Assembly: GCA_030167865.1 (NCBI GenBank)
Contig: JALAGF010004248.1
Location: 1 to 40,570, forward strand
Length of the DNA stretch: 40,570 nucleotides
Origin: Craspedostauros australis
Lineage: Eukaryota
Direction: 5' to 3'
Shown: positions 10,918-21,551 of the stretch, piece by piece
How the letters are laid out: the number at the start of each line of letters is the position of its first letter
How positions within the stretch are numbered: the stretch's first letter is position 1
The notes under the pieces: generated by a model
Told to the model about the DNA's origin: nothing
Databases searched by the model: none
Seen by the model: only the letters and a program-made list of their open reading frames with translations
Made by a program: the position numbers and the translations under genes

Positions 10918-13008
10918 TCATCCGCTGAACAAGTACGAGACGACGATGTAGCCAAGGATCATGCCGTAAAATCCGAGACTCGACGACTGCTTGGCGTCGT
11001 TGCCTTTCAGGGACGTCACGGCCTCGGCGACATTGGCGTTGGAATACTGCAATCGATCCTGCAGCTCCTTGAGCTTGCCTGTGGGCGTGGCCGTGATGGG
11101 TTGGGCGGTCGTCTTGTCATCCGCAGCGGCCGACATGTTGGCGGTCGAGGTTGTGGCGAGTCGCGGACCGCCGCCACCCGTGGCCTGGATGGTCTGCACG
11201 CCGATCTGAACCTCGCGAAGGACCATCAGGACGTCCTTGTTCTGCTCCTGCAGGCCCAGCAGCAGCTTCCGCATCTGCTCATCGAGGTCCACGTAGAGGA
11301 AGGCCCCGATCGATCGGCATCCGTTCATGAAGGCGGGGAACAGAGCGTGGAGCAGCCACACGACATCGTACTCGGTCATCTGGGGGAACAACCAGGATGG
11401 GATGGGGTTGGTCTGCGACGTCATCAGGGCGATCTCCACGATCAGCATGGCGATGAGGCCCGTGAAGGTCCAGTTGCGCGCCTCACCGCTCTTCTTGCCC
11501 AGCGTCAGCATGAATGCCATGATGCCGTACGAAACGTAAAAGACGGCGACCTCGAGGAGGAACTGCGTCTCGCTGAACCGCTTGTTGTTCTTGATCCCCT
11601 CCTTTCCGAATTTGTTGTACACATCCCGGAGCTCCATGTCCATCAGGACGTCGTAGGCCTGCTTGACTCTGTCGAACTGATCGGAGGCATCGGGGCTTGG
11701 GTTCTTGTCTGGATGCAATTGAAGACTCAGCTTCTTGTACGCGCGTTTGATCTCCAGCGGGTTGGAGTCTCTCGTGACGGAAAGCATGGAGTAGTAGTTC
11801 GGTCCTCTCTGCTGCATCTCCAGGCCTATAAAAAACCATTCATACATTCATTCATGTGTTTTGATGCAGTGTTGCGTTTCCCGTTGTCCATGTTGCGTCG
11901 CATTGAAGTTGATGCCATGATTCGTATCCGTTCATGCAATTTCATTTCATTTCGGTTCACACCATGGCGTGCCGCACCGTTCGTTTCAGTTCAATTCGAT
12001 TTGGTGCCGTGCGTTCCCATTGGATCATGTTTGATGCAACGCCGTGTGTCATCATTGATTGGTGTAGTATTTCCAAAAGCGTTTGGCAGCATCCAATGTA
12101 TATGTTCGTCCATTTCCCATTCCGTGAATACGTAGAGCATTGTGCAGTGATGCAGTGATTCATTAGTCCATTCATTCATTCATCAGATGGTCCATTCATG
12201 GTGAGTTGTTGAGAGCATCACAGAGCATTGATTCCGATTTCCCGATTGAGATGAGAAGTCGATGCCGAAAATGGAAAGCGTCGTGATCATTTCCGTCGTC
12301 GTCATTGATGTGCATGACAGTTCGGAGGGTGCGAGGATACGTGATGCAGTTGTGCAAATGAGGAAGAAGGATGTTGTTGAGATTGAAGAAGGTAATGTCG
12401 TCATCATTGTTGTTGTTGTCGTCTTCGTCGTCATCGGTGAGCAGAGAGACGAAAAGGTATCTTTGGGGGTGGGAGATGGACAAACGGTGATGGTACGAAT
12501 TGTACGAGTTCGGTCGACACGTGGAAGGTCCAAAACTCTGAGAGTTTGGGTTTGTGCCCAACCGCGGAAGGAGGCCTTGGCATGGATTGGAACGCTTGTT
12601 TGCGGCTCTTGCCGTTTCTGAAGTGATCGCTTTCCTCGTAGCTGATGCTTGTCGTTGTTCTTGTTCTTTGTGCTTGTTCCTGTTGCACGACATGGTCTCT
12701 CTCACATGGCTGATGAGGCCATGCCAAGCGAGACCATGTCGTGCAACACGACGCAACATGAGGCAACACAACGCTTCAACAAAGAGGAAGACAGCTCTCG
12801 AAGAGCGCTCGACGAGCATGGCACACGTACCTGTCTTGACTGCGGCCAGCAATGCCAGGAATCCAATGGCGTACATGATGCTCCGTTGGCGTGGGAAGCG
12901 TCCCGGTCTGAGGATCCATGCTGTGGCGGGATGCACAATGAATACGTAGAAGAAGAAGCCGCCCAATCCGGACAGATCGTCGCCTCCTGAAGCATCTGAG
13001 TCGCTCAT
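10918..13008 (-). CDS. multi-pass membrane DnaJ (J-domain) protein, 361 aa, complement(join(10918..11825,12831..13008))
   Basis: J domain NYYSMLSV...IKRAYKKLSLQLHPDKNP...YDVL...RDVYNKFG with intact HPD. Exon 1 (MSDSDASGG...LAAVKT) with two hydrophobic segments joins via ACAG|GTACGT...TTTTTATAG|GC in phase 1. Further hydrophobic helices, a coiled coil and a C-terminal TM segment follow. Confidence 0.88.
12681..12748. repeat. perfect 19-bp inverted repeat / hairpin inside the DnaJ intron
   Basis: TGTTGCACGACATGGTCTC (12681-12699) is the exact reverse complement of GAGACCATGTCGTGCAACA (12730-12748). Inner stem CATGGC/GCCATG closes a 7-nt loop. Confidence 0.9.
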
Positions 13009-13662
13009 CTTTCTTGTCTGTTTGTTGCTGTTGTCGTCCTGTGGTTGTAATGGCGGTGCTATTGTCCACCTTGTTTGTTCACGGTGATGAATGTTATGAT
13101 GGCATTCCACAAGAGTGTCGAGTGAGAGTGGAGATGATGCGCAGCGTGGAAATACAAGGAGAGCGCGACGACTCCCACCACTGCCAACGTGGGACAACAA
13201 CGACGACAACAACATGACACGTTGTCGGGACGCGTTGTTCGTCTTGTCTGGTTCTGTCCAATTTTGTCGCGTGTTGGAAGTGATTGGATGCGCACAGACC
13301 ATGCTTGTGATTCTCATCTCAATCGACTCAGCCGACTCAAGCGAACGACAACCACCAAAAACTGCCGACGAACATTCACATCACAACATCACAAATCTCC
13401 TTTCTTCAGAATCCACATCAACCAACAGAAAGGCATCAGGAGGCAACTTCTGCTTTCTCTGTTTCTTCTGCCTCTCCCACCCACCCATCTGCGAGTATCG
13501 CACTTCCGTACTGTACTCTACTATACAACAGTGTTGATCCCAGTTGATTGAGATAAACCCGAGTTGAGTGGAGTTCCATTCGATTACTACACGATCTCCT
13601 TCATTCCGGCCCAATTGATTCCGCCCACTCCATTTGCATCCAGTTCCTTCTTCTTCTTCTCG

Positions 13663-16211
13663 ATGCGATTCCAGATCATGTCCCTCGTTTGGGCTGCCTT
13701 GGCGGCTAGACAAGCGAGAGCCTTCACGTCCATCGCTTCGTCGCGTTGCCAGTCGGCCTCCTTGCGCCGATCGATCGCGCCTGCATTCGGAAATGCTACG
13801 ATGCGCAGCACATGGCCACGCTTCATGAGCGCCGTCGATAACAGCGAGGCGCAGGTGGAGGAGCAGATCAAGGTCAAGGGAGATGAGATTCGCCAGCTCA
13901 AGGCCGACGGAATCTCCAAGGACGATCTCGCACCGCACATCGCGGAGCTTCTGGCTTTGAAGGCCAAGCTGCCGCCATCGGAAGTGGAACAGAAGCCGAA
14001 GAAGACGAAGAAAAAGGAGAAGCAACCACAGAAGCAGAAGAAGCCACAGCCCAAGAAGGTGGAGGAGATGTCGGAATCCGAGTTGCGCGCCGTGCGATTG
14101 GGCAAGATCGATGCCATGCGCGAGGCTGGGGTGGAACCATTCGAATACACCTTTGACGTCACGCGCTCGGCCGCACAATTAGCGGCCGAGTACGATGGCA
14201 GGTTGGAGGGCGGCGAGGAGGATGAGGACTCGGACGTCTCCGTGGCAGGCCGCATCATGACGCGACGTGTCTTTGGCAAGCTCGCATTCTTCACGTTGCA
14301 GGATGAGACGGGGACGGTGCAGCTGCAGTTCGACAAGAAGCGGTTGGGTGATTCCTTTAAGGTGCGCGCACTATGGTGTTGTTGGCTTTTTTCGCACGTG
14401 AGATACATGTTGGCGTGTTCATGTGTTGTGACAGTTCTGTTAACTTGAGTCTGTGGACGAGTCTTGTGGCGCACTCTGGGATGCGCCCATTGCAGAAATG
14501 ACACGCTGTCATGCGAATGATCGTGGTCGTACTCGTATGATGAAATGCAGTGCGTATTGGCTGGAAACAGATCATCACCGAGCTCGATCTTATGCCATGT
14601 GTCACCCATAAATCACTTCCACTCACCATCGTCTCAATGGCTACATGCCTTTGCATCCACCATTCTCCACCTTCTCCCTCTCTTCCAAAAATCCAATCGC
14701 AGGAAATCAAGGATTGGACTGACGGTGGTGATATCGTCGGTGTCCGCGGTACCGTCCGCCGAACAGACAAGGGCGAACTCAGCGTCTACGCCACGGAATG
14801 GAAGATGCTCACCAAATCCATCCTCCCCCTCCCCGACAAGTACAGAGGCCTCAAGGACGTCAGCAAACGATACCGTTCCCGCCACCTCGATCTCATCGTC
14901 AACCCGGACGTGCGCGACACGTTCCGCAAGCGCGCCACCATCACATCCATGTTCCGCCGTCTCCTCGATGAGAAGGGTTTCCTGGAGATCGAAACGCCGG
15001 TGCTGCATGCCCAATCGGGTGGCGCCGAGGCCAAGCCCTTCGAGACGCATCACAACTCGATGGACATGGAACTCACGCTGCGCATCGCCACCGAGCTTCA
15101 TCTCAAGCGCCTCGTCGTGGGAGGATTCACGAAGGTGTACGAGCTGGGGCGCATCTTCCGCAACGAAGGCATCTCGACGAGGCATAATCCAGAATTCACC
15201 TCCATCGAACTGTATCAGGCCTACGCCGATTACAACGACATGATGGATCTGACCGAGGAGCTTGTGTGCAGTGAGTCGGCCTGTGTTGGTTTATTTTGTT
15301 GGTTTATTTCTTGCCATGTCACGTCATGCCATGCCATGACATGTCTATGGTGTAATACATTGGCGGTCGTGCAATGCGATGCAGTTCAATGCGAAGCACT
15401 GGTGTGTATTCAATCCACTGCGCTCTGCTCTGCTCTAACTTCACTCATTTCACTTTTCCCCAACCTCCAAACGATGATATATCACCTTCTGCCTCACCCC
15501 CACCTCCCCCCCCTCCCCCCAACTCTCCTCCCCGCACCCCACACCGCCGCCCCCCCCCCCCCCCCCCCAACAGACATCGCTGCCGACGACAACGTGTGCG
15601 GCAGCTTGAACATCCCGTACGGCGAGCACAGCATCAGCCTGGAGCGACCATGGCGCCGCGTGACGATGCACGACATTGTGAAGGAGGAGATCCCGGACTT
15701 TGACTTCGCCACGACCGAATCGCTGACGGATGCCAAGGCGGCCGCGATGGCTGCGGGTGTGCCGGGCGTCGAGGGTTTGCAGAGCGTGGGCGACGTGCTG
15801 AACAGCTGCTTCGAGGAACTGTGCGAGCCCAAGCTGATCCAGCCGACGTTCGTCATTGATTATCCCGTCGAAGTGAGTCCTTTGTCCAAGCCGCATCGTT
15901 CCAAGGAGGGTCTCGTGGAGCGCTTCGAACTGTTCGCCGTGGGACGTGAGCACGCCAATTCGTTCTCGGAGCTGACGGATCCCGTCGATCAGCGTGAGCG
16001 TTTCGAAGCGCAGGCGACCAAGAAAGCGGCCGGCGACGAAGAAGCGTGCGATGTGGATGAGGACTTCCTGACGGCGTTGGAGCAAGGCATGCCACCGACG
16101 GGCGGTCTCGGTATTGGAATCGATCGGTTGGTGATGCTGCTGACGAATGCACCGTCCATTCGCGATGTGATCGCCTTTCCGTTGCTGCGGCCAGACGGCG
16201 ATAGTAAGTAG
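13663..16211 (+). CDS. lysS: organellar class II lysyl-tRNA synthetase with WHEP-like domain, 634 aa, join(13663..14361,14703..15270,15574..16211)
   Basis: OB-fold [21 protein letters not shown], motif 1 [26 protein letters not shown], motif 2 [31 protein letters not shown], motif 3 [20 protein letters not shown]. Signal peptide ending ARA-FTS. Introns 14362-14702 and 15271-15573 are GT-AG and restore the frame. Confidence 0.95.
15550..15568. repeat. poly-C (19 nt) just before the LysRS intron 2 acceptor
   Basis: C19 followed by AACAG acceptor; several more C-runs from ~15497. Confidence 0.9.
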
Positions 16212-16626
16212 AGTAGAGTACGACACTCTGAGAACTTGAAGCACTGATGGTACGCGGAGAATGAGATTGATGTGGGTTGTTGTTGTTGCTGTTTAATGAA
16301 TTGTTCTATTGTTTGGAATACTGTACCGCTATTGTGCCGTAGTTTACAAAGTATGTGATGGGGGTTGATGTGAAGTTGCAGGCCTGGGATGAGGAGGGGG
16401 AGAGACGCCCTTTGGGTCTCTCGCACCCAATCCGTACCAACACTCCATCCTTGTTCTAGCATAGCTGCCAATCATGCTGTGAAGGCGAGGTGATGAGATA
16501 CGTTCTAGTTCTTCACAAACTCGGCCATCCAACTGGCATCTGGTGACTTGCTCTACTCGCTAATCATCCCCGCCAAGTTGGCATGATGCCCAAAGACCCG
16601 ATAATGGCGATGGTCGCAATGGCCGC

Positions 16627-17312
16627 CTACAGCTCCCCCTTGAGCGATCGTCTGTATCTGGCCACTTCAGCATACATGTCTTCACGCCCCAGTACTCTCT
16701 CCACTTGCTGCGATGACATGAACGAGTGATGGAAAGAATAGAAATTCGCGTGTGCGGTCAAAAGGAAAAGCAGTCGTGGGTCAGCAAGACAGAACCATGG
16801 GAGGTGCGAACAGTTCATGCACGTCCGAATAGCTCCCAACACCAGAGAGCACGGAGACCACACCAAACGCGCTGCGCCCAACTTGCGACATTCCTTCATT
16901 CCCGCCTTCGCGTCGACGCAAGACAACCAAGACCGCATGCAGCATGACCGCAGCCCGCAAAGGCACTTACAAACTCCGTCAGATCGCCCTGCATCTTGTC
17001 GATCTTGCGCTGGTACGCGGCAATCTTCTGCTTCAGCCGACGCGGACTCGAGGACCGTTCGATGCCCAGCTCATGACGTTCCAGCTCCAGCTTGAAGCCC
17101 GCGAGCTTCTGTTCGTATCGCTTGCGATCGTAGCGGTGCCGTGACAGAACTTCCTCGCGCGTCGAGACGTATCCCGCGTCCTCATCCCAACCGCGATATC
17201 TGGCCTCCTGTGAGACAGTGGCCGTGGCCGTGTTGCCGAGCAGCAGGCAGTGCAGCACGAACAGCGTGATGATCGTCAGCGTCAGCATCGAGGTCGATCT
17301 CGGATTGTGCAT
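16627..17312 (-). CDS. small secreted/ER helical HxxG-family protein A, 140 aa, ends KGEL; complement(join(16627..16707,16971..17312))
   Basis: Signal peptide MHNPRSTSMLTLTIITLFVLHCLLLGNTATA. Donor TTT|GTAAGT and acceptor CGCAG|CAA, phase 0. Aligns with three neighbouring paralogues. Confidence 0.85.
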
Positions 17313-17404
17313 CTTGCCGTTTGGTTGCTTCTGGTTGTTGTTGATTGCTATCCCTGTTGTTGCTGTTGTTGCTGTTGTTGCTTGTTTGTTCGCTTTGTCT
17401 CTGC

Positions 17405-17472
17405 TGATCAACGAATGTGTGATCAATGCACGGAGTGTGATCAATGTGTGATCAATGCGCAGAGTGTGATAC
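17405..17472. repeat. repeated (GTG)TGATCAA motif upstream of gene A
   Basis: Palindromic TGATCA at 17405, 17420, 17438 and 17449 (three as GTGTGATCAATG), plus degenerate GTGTGATAC ending at 17472. Confidence 0.7.
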
Positions 17473-18315
17473 TCTGTTTGTTTTTGTGCCGTTTTGCTTG
17501 CTTTCTTGCTTTCTTGGTGGTTGGCTGCGAAATGGGGCAACCTTGCAGAGATGGGCAATGGATGGCGGTTGCTCGTCGATGTCTCTCCCAGTCTTTCAAT
17601 GCCTCTTGGTACTGCCTTGTGTCTCTGTGTCTCTGTGTGTCTTGAATCGGTATCTCTCTTTCTGTCGTGGCCAACTGTGGCATGGAGCTGCATCACGGCG
17701 ATGAGCGACGAAGACAAGGCATCAGCGCCACCATCCCAACAACGAGAGAGGAAGACCAAGGGCCATGGTGAGGTTGTCTTAGCGCGTTAGTGGCAATCTT
17801 GTTGCTCCCTTCGTCTTGCTTGTCCTCGGCCTTTCTCTCTCGTGTCTTGTACTCCACGCACACCCTTCGCATAATTGTTACGCGCCACTAACGCTCTCCA
17901 TCTTGGGGATAATTTAACCTCTTCCAACCCCAATCCACCATAATTATTCATTCCCGGTGTCACATCCAGGGTCATAGTTGATCGTGGAAGGGCGGATGCA
18001 TCAAACGAGCGAAAGAGTTCTTGATCGGTTGAATCTATACAGTCTATGTGGTCGAATACGCCACATTAGTTCTAATGGGTCGATTGTCCGCGCCAAAAAA
18101 GAGGACGAAAGAAAGAAGCAAACAACAACAACAACAACAGGAGCAAAATCAAATGGACGCAATCTGTTGTCGCCGTCCGCCTCGCTTTGTGTCTTCTTTC
18201 TCTCTTGTTCTCGAAGAGCATCTTCGTCGTCATCTTCGTCGTCATCTTCGTCCACACTGACACCGGAGCAATCAACATTCACTGCCATCGCAACGAGATC
18301 ATCGGATACTGCACA

Positions 18316-19006
18316 ATGAAGACCGCCGTTCATTGCAAGACACTGCTCGTGGTTGTGGCATGTCTCCTGTCCACACAGGGGTCCGCGGCGCAGCAAGATG
18401 ACGCTGGAACCAGAGGTAGCAGGGCCGCCAAGAACCGTCAGCGTGAGGGAGAGCACACTGGCAGGTACAGCCATGGATACGGAATGTCGGTACGTCATCA
18501 GCAAAGAGTTGAGTGGAGTGGAGTGTTGCGTGCATGCTATTATACCATACACTATAATATATTAGTACAGTAGATATGGTTCGTGGTTTGCAACTGGGCA
18601 CAACGATGTGCTGCGTCTTTGCTTGTAACACTAATACTCGTATTGCACGCAATGTACGCAATGTGCAGCATCCATTGCAACTCACACATGCATGTCTATC
18701 AACATCGTTGTCATCACTTCCATGCATTCCCGTTGACATCCACAGCGCGAACACATCATGGAACACCACGAAACTCGCAAAGGTCATTTGCAACAAATGA
18801 TCGATGATGTTCGGCAACGGCTGGAGGACCATTCCAGCGGAGAAAAGCCCTTTGCCAGCACGGAAGAGCACGAGCGCCATCTGCATCGCATGAAAGTTTA
18901 CACGCGCAAGATGGAGCAGATGAAGGAACCGCCGGGCGAACAGGAGATCAACCGCATTCTGGAACGTGAGGCGCGCAGGAATCAATTGCTGGATGCGGAG
19001 CTGTGA
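18316..19006 (+). CDS. small secreted/ER helical HxxG-family protein B, 144 aa, ends DAEL; join(18316..18489,18746..19006)
   Basis: Signal peptide MKTAVHCKTLLVVVACLLSTQGSAA. Phase-0 intron TCG|GTACGT...CACAG|CGC gives GYGMS-REHIMEHH. Confidence 0.85.
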
Positions 19007-19287
19007 TGGGCTTTCAGTTTCGTTCATTGTGCGGAACTATTATTATGAATTCGAAATGTGGTCGGTATGCAAGCGCAGAAGGGATCCACAGTCATTGACA
19101 GCATGGGATCTCCAAGACCGTGGGCAGTCTGTATTCATCAATGCCTGCAGGGTGGTGGTCGGAATTTCGGCATCCAACGCATTCCTCGTGGATCGCGCAA
19201 CGCAACGCACTGAACGGTGGTGATGGCAGATTCATTCATTTCCAACTCAATGTGATTCGTCGGCCCAACCGAATCAAGTACCATACT

Positions 19288-20007
19288 TCAGATGTATCCA
19301 AGCCGCCCGTTGGACTGTAGATTCTGTTCGATCATGATCTCGATTTGCTGTTGCGAGAAATGTGCAAGACGAAGAAAAGAGACAATGTAAGCGTGGAAAA
19401 ATGGAGCGGAGCATGAAGCAGCAAAGAGAGAGAGAGCCAAAGAGTTGTGAGTATTAATTGGAATAGGAACAAGAATGAAGTACCAAGTACGACAATGAGG
19501 TTGTTCCCACAACATTTGATGATGTCCCATCGCTACGTAGAATGCTGCGCTTCACATTACTCCAGGCATCGCCATTGGACACGAACGCACCGTATCATCC
19601 GGGATCTGCTTCAACTTCTCCACCCTCCTGGTAAGGATATCGATTTGATGAGCATACAGAGTGCGCTCCTCCATCGTCAATTGTATGGATCCCGCCGAAT
19701 GATCCGCTAGCTGTTGTCGGTATCGCAGTACCATGCGCTGCAACGATCGCCGTTGCTGCGCGCGGTACCGCAGCACATCTTCGCGCGTGTTCCAGATAGG
19801 AGACGCTTCGTTGGTGAGCTGCTTGCGTCGCTGCCGTTCTTCCTGCTGCTGCTGTTGTAACGCGTACCGCAATGCCGGCAGATCCTCGATCATACCGGTG
19901 GTGCGCGCCATCTCGATAATGTCCTGCGCTGATGTGCTTTGGCCGTCAACGAACCACGCCGTCAACGTGATGGCGGCAATGTGAGCGGTGGTGCGCAGCA
20001 GCTTCAT
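19288..20007 (-). CDS. small secreted helical HxxG-family protein C, 158 aa, ends LGYI; complement(join(19288..19347,19591..20007))
   Basis: Signal peptide MKLLRTTAHIAAITLTAWFVDG. Donor ACG|GTGCGT and acceptor CAACAG|CAA at the same aligned position as the intron of gene A. Confidence 0.8.
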
Positions 20008-20826
20008 GTTGGTGATGCGGTCTCTCTTGGATTGCTTGAGAATAAAAGAATCGATGGATGGGAGTGTGGAATGCAGATGAGGAATGTGCAAGGGTCTGCT
20101 TTTGCTTCCTTGCGGGATGTGCGCACTCTTGTGTCGAATGAAGTTTGTGTTGTGATGGCCGTTGCAAACCACGAGTTTGTGTGCGGAATTTGTGAGGAAT
20201 TGGATCGCCAAAAATGATTCAGGCGACTGCTTTCGCTCTTTCTCCAGCATACTACAGATGTAGACAAGAGACAGAGAAACACTTGAACACAAATTAGCAA
20301 CAACAACTCAACAGCTTGAACGCACACTGCATGCATCCAACGTTTCCAACCAAAGTGCATGGAACGATCAAGGATTGCACTGCGAATAACACTGGTACCA
20401 TATGTGTTCTTGAGACAGCCAACCTTACTCATTCGAAGTCGTGACCAAGACAAATCATGCATCACTCTGGATCAATGCAGTCCGTTCGTGTTCGTACGAG
20501 TATTGAGTTGCCCGGAACTATCTACTCTCTACTGCACAACTCTACTTGCCACCGATTTTGATCTCGCAACAGGGAGGCCTGTGTCGCAAACCAGGACGGC
20601 TGAATTCGATGTATTGCATAGCATCGGCCTCACATCATCCGTTTTCTGTTTGCAAATGCCATATCGATTATACGCCATTCTCTGACATGCCCTTGCCCCA
20701 TCATCTGCCGTTGATGCCATCGACTTGCAATGTGGACATGATGTAATTCCACGAGGAGTAGCTGAGGATGTTCCATTCCAGACGCTTGCGCTCGCCTGCA
20801 TATCCAGACAGCCGTCAGGAACCGAA

Positions 20827-21551
20827 TCAAAGTTCTGTTCCAAAAGACCTCCGTCTATTTTTTCGCTCCATGATCCGTTCAAGGTCCTTCTCGTCCAGTT
20901 CACGATCCATCATTTCGAATCTACGTTCGAAGCTTTTGAGACGTTGCTGCATCCTGTCATGATGCTCGTCGCTCTCGAGTGGCTCGCTTCCATCTTCGTG
21001 GGCCTCGATCTTGGCCCTCGTTTTGTCCAACATGTTCCTCATCTTCTGTTTGCGATCGTTGTGGAATTTGATCGCATGCTCTTTCTGTTGTTGTCGATGA
21101 TGACGATGAATGGGAGGATAGAAGAATGAAGTTGAATGAGATTTGAAACCGTCGAATTGCGATTGATGATATCCTGATTGTGCCTTTGGAGATGCTGCTC
21201 GATGCCCGCCCCGAGGTCATTGGTCAAAGCTCGGCTTCCTCCTCCTCGGCATCCACGATGAATACGAAGATTCGACATCCACCGCGGCGTCAAGCACTCT
21301 GCGAGTATCAGTATCCAACTGCCCCATCCATCCATTCATCCATTAATCTTGTCGTAACTGAGAAAGCAAACCTGATGCTGACTTACCGTGAACTCGTGCT
21401 TCTGGCCATCAGCTTTATCCTCGGCACCTCCATTGCCATCGACGCGACTTCTCAATCCTTCCCGATCGGCCGCACCTGTCTGATGGACAAGGAACAGCAT
21501 GCACAACAAGCACAGAAGTGCTGTCCTGGATACGATCATTGAAGTCATCAT
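20827..21551 (-). CDS. small secreted/ER helical HxxG-family protein D, 140 aa, ends GTEL; complement(join(20827..21084,21387..21551))
   Basis: Signal peptide MMTSMIVSRTALLCLLCMLFLVHQTGA. Donor ACG|GTAAGT and acceptor CAACAG|AAA, phase 0, at the same aligned position as the intron of gene B. Confidence 0.85.

Noticed and set aside
12710-12735. CTGATGAG in the intronic hairpin loop resembling a hammerhead ribozyme core
   Set aside because: No GAAA after a stem II and no stem III/NUH arrangement; it is also on the strand opposite the DnaJ transcript.
12196-13317. 373-aa ORF as a single gene
   Set aside because: Only 13008-12831 is coding (DnaJ exon 1); the rest is leader and read-through into low-complexity intron.
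17405-17472. Short repeats as a CRISPR-like array (also 10438-10470, 33242-33282)
   Set aside because: Units are 9-12 bp with no unique spacers of consistent length; eukaryotic context and no cas genes.
18465-18470. AG|GTACAG as the splice donor of gene B
   Set aside because: Phase 2 puts exon 2 out of frame; the phase-0 donor at 18490 restores the family alignment.
16627-21551. Assigning the four small xxEL proteins to the animal RAP/LRPAP1 escort family
   Set aside because: The resemblance is only generic (helical, His-containing, xxEL tail); I cannot align specific motifs without a profile search.
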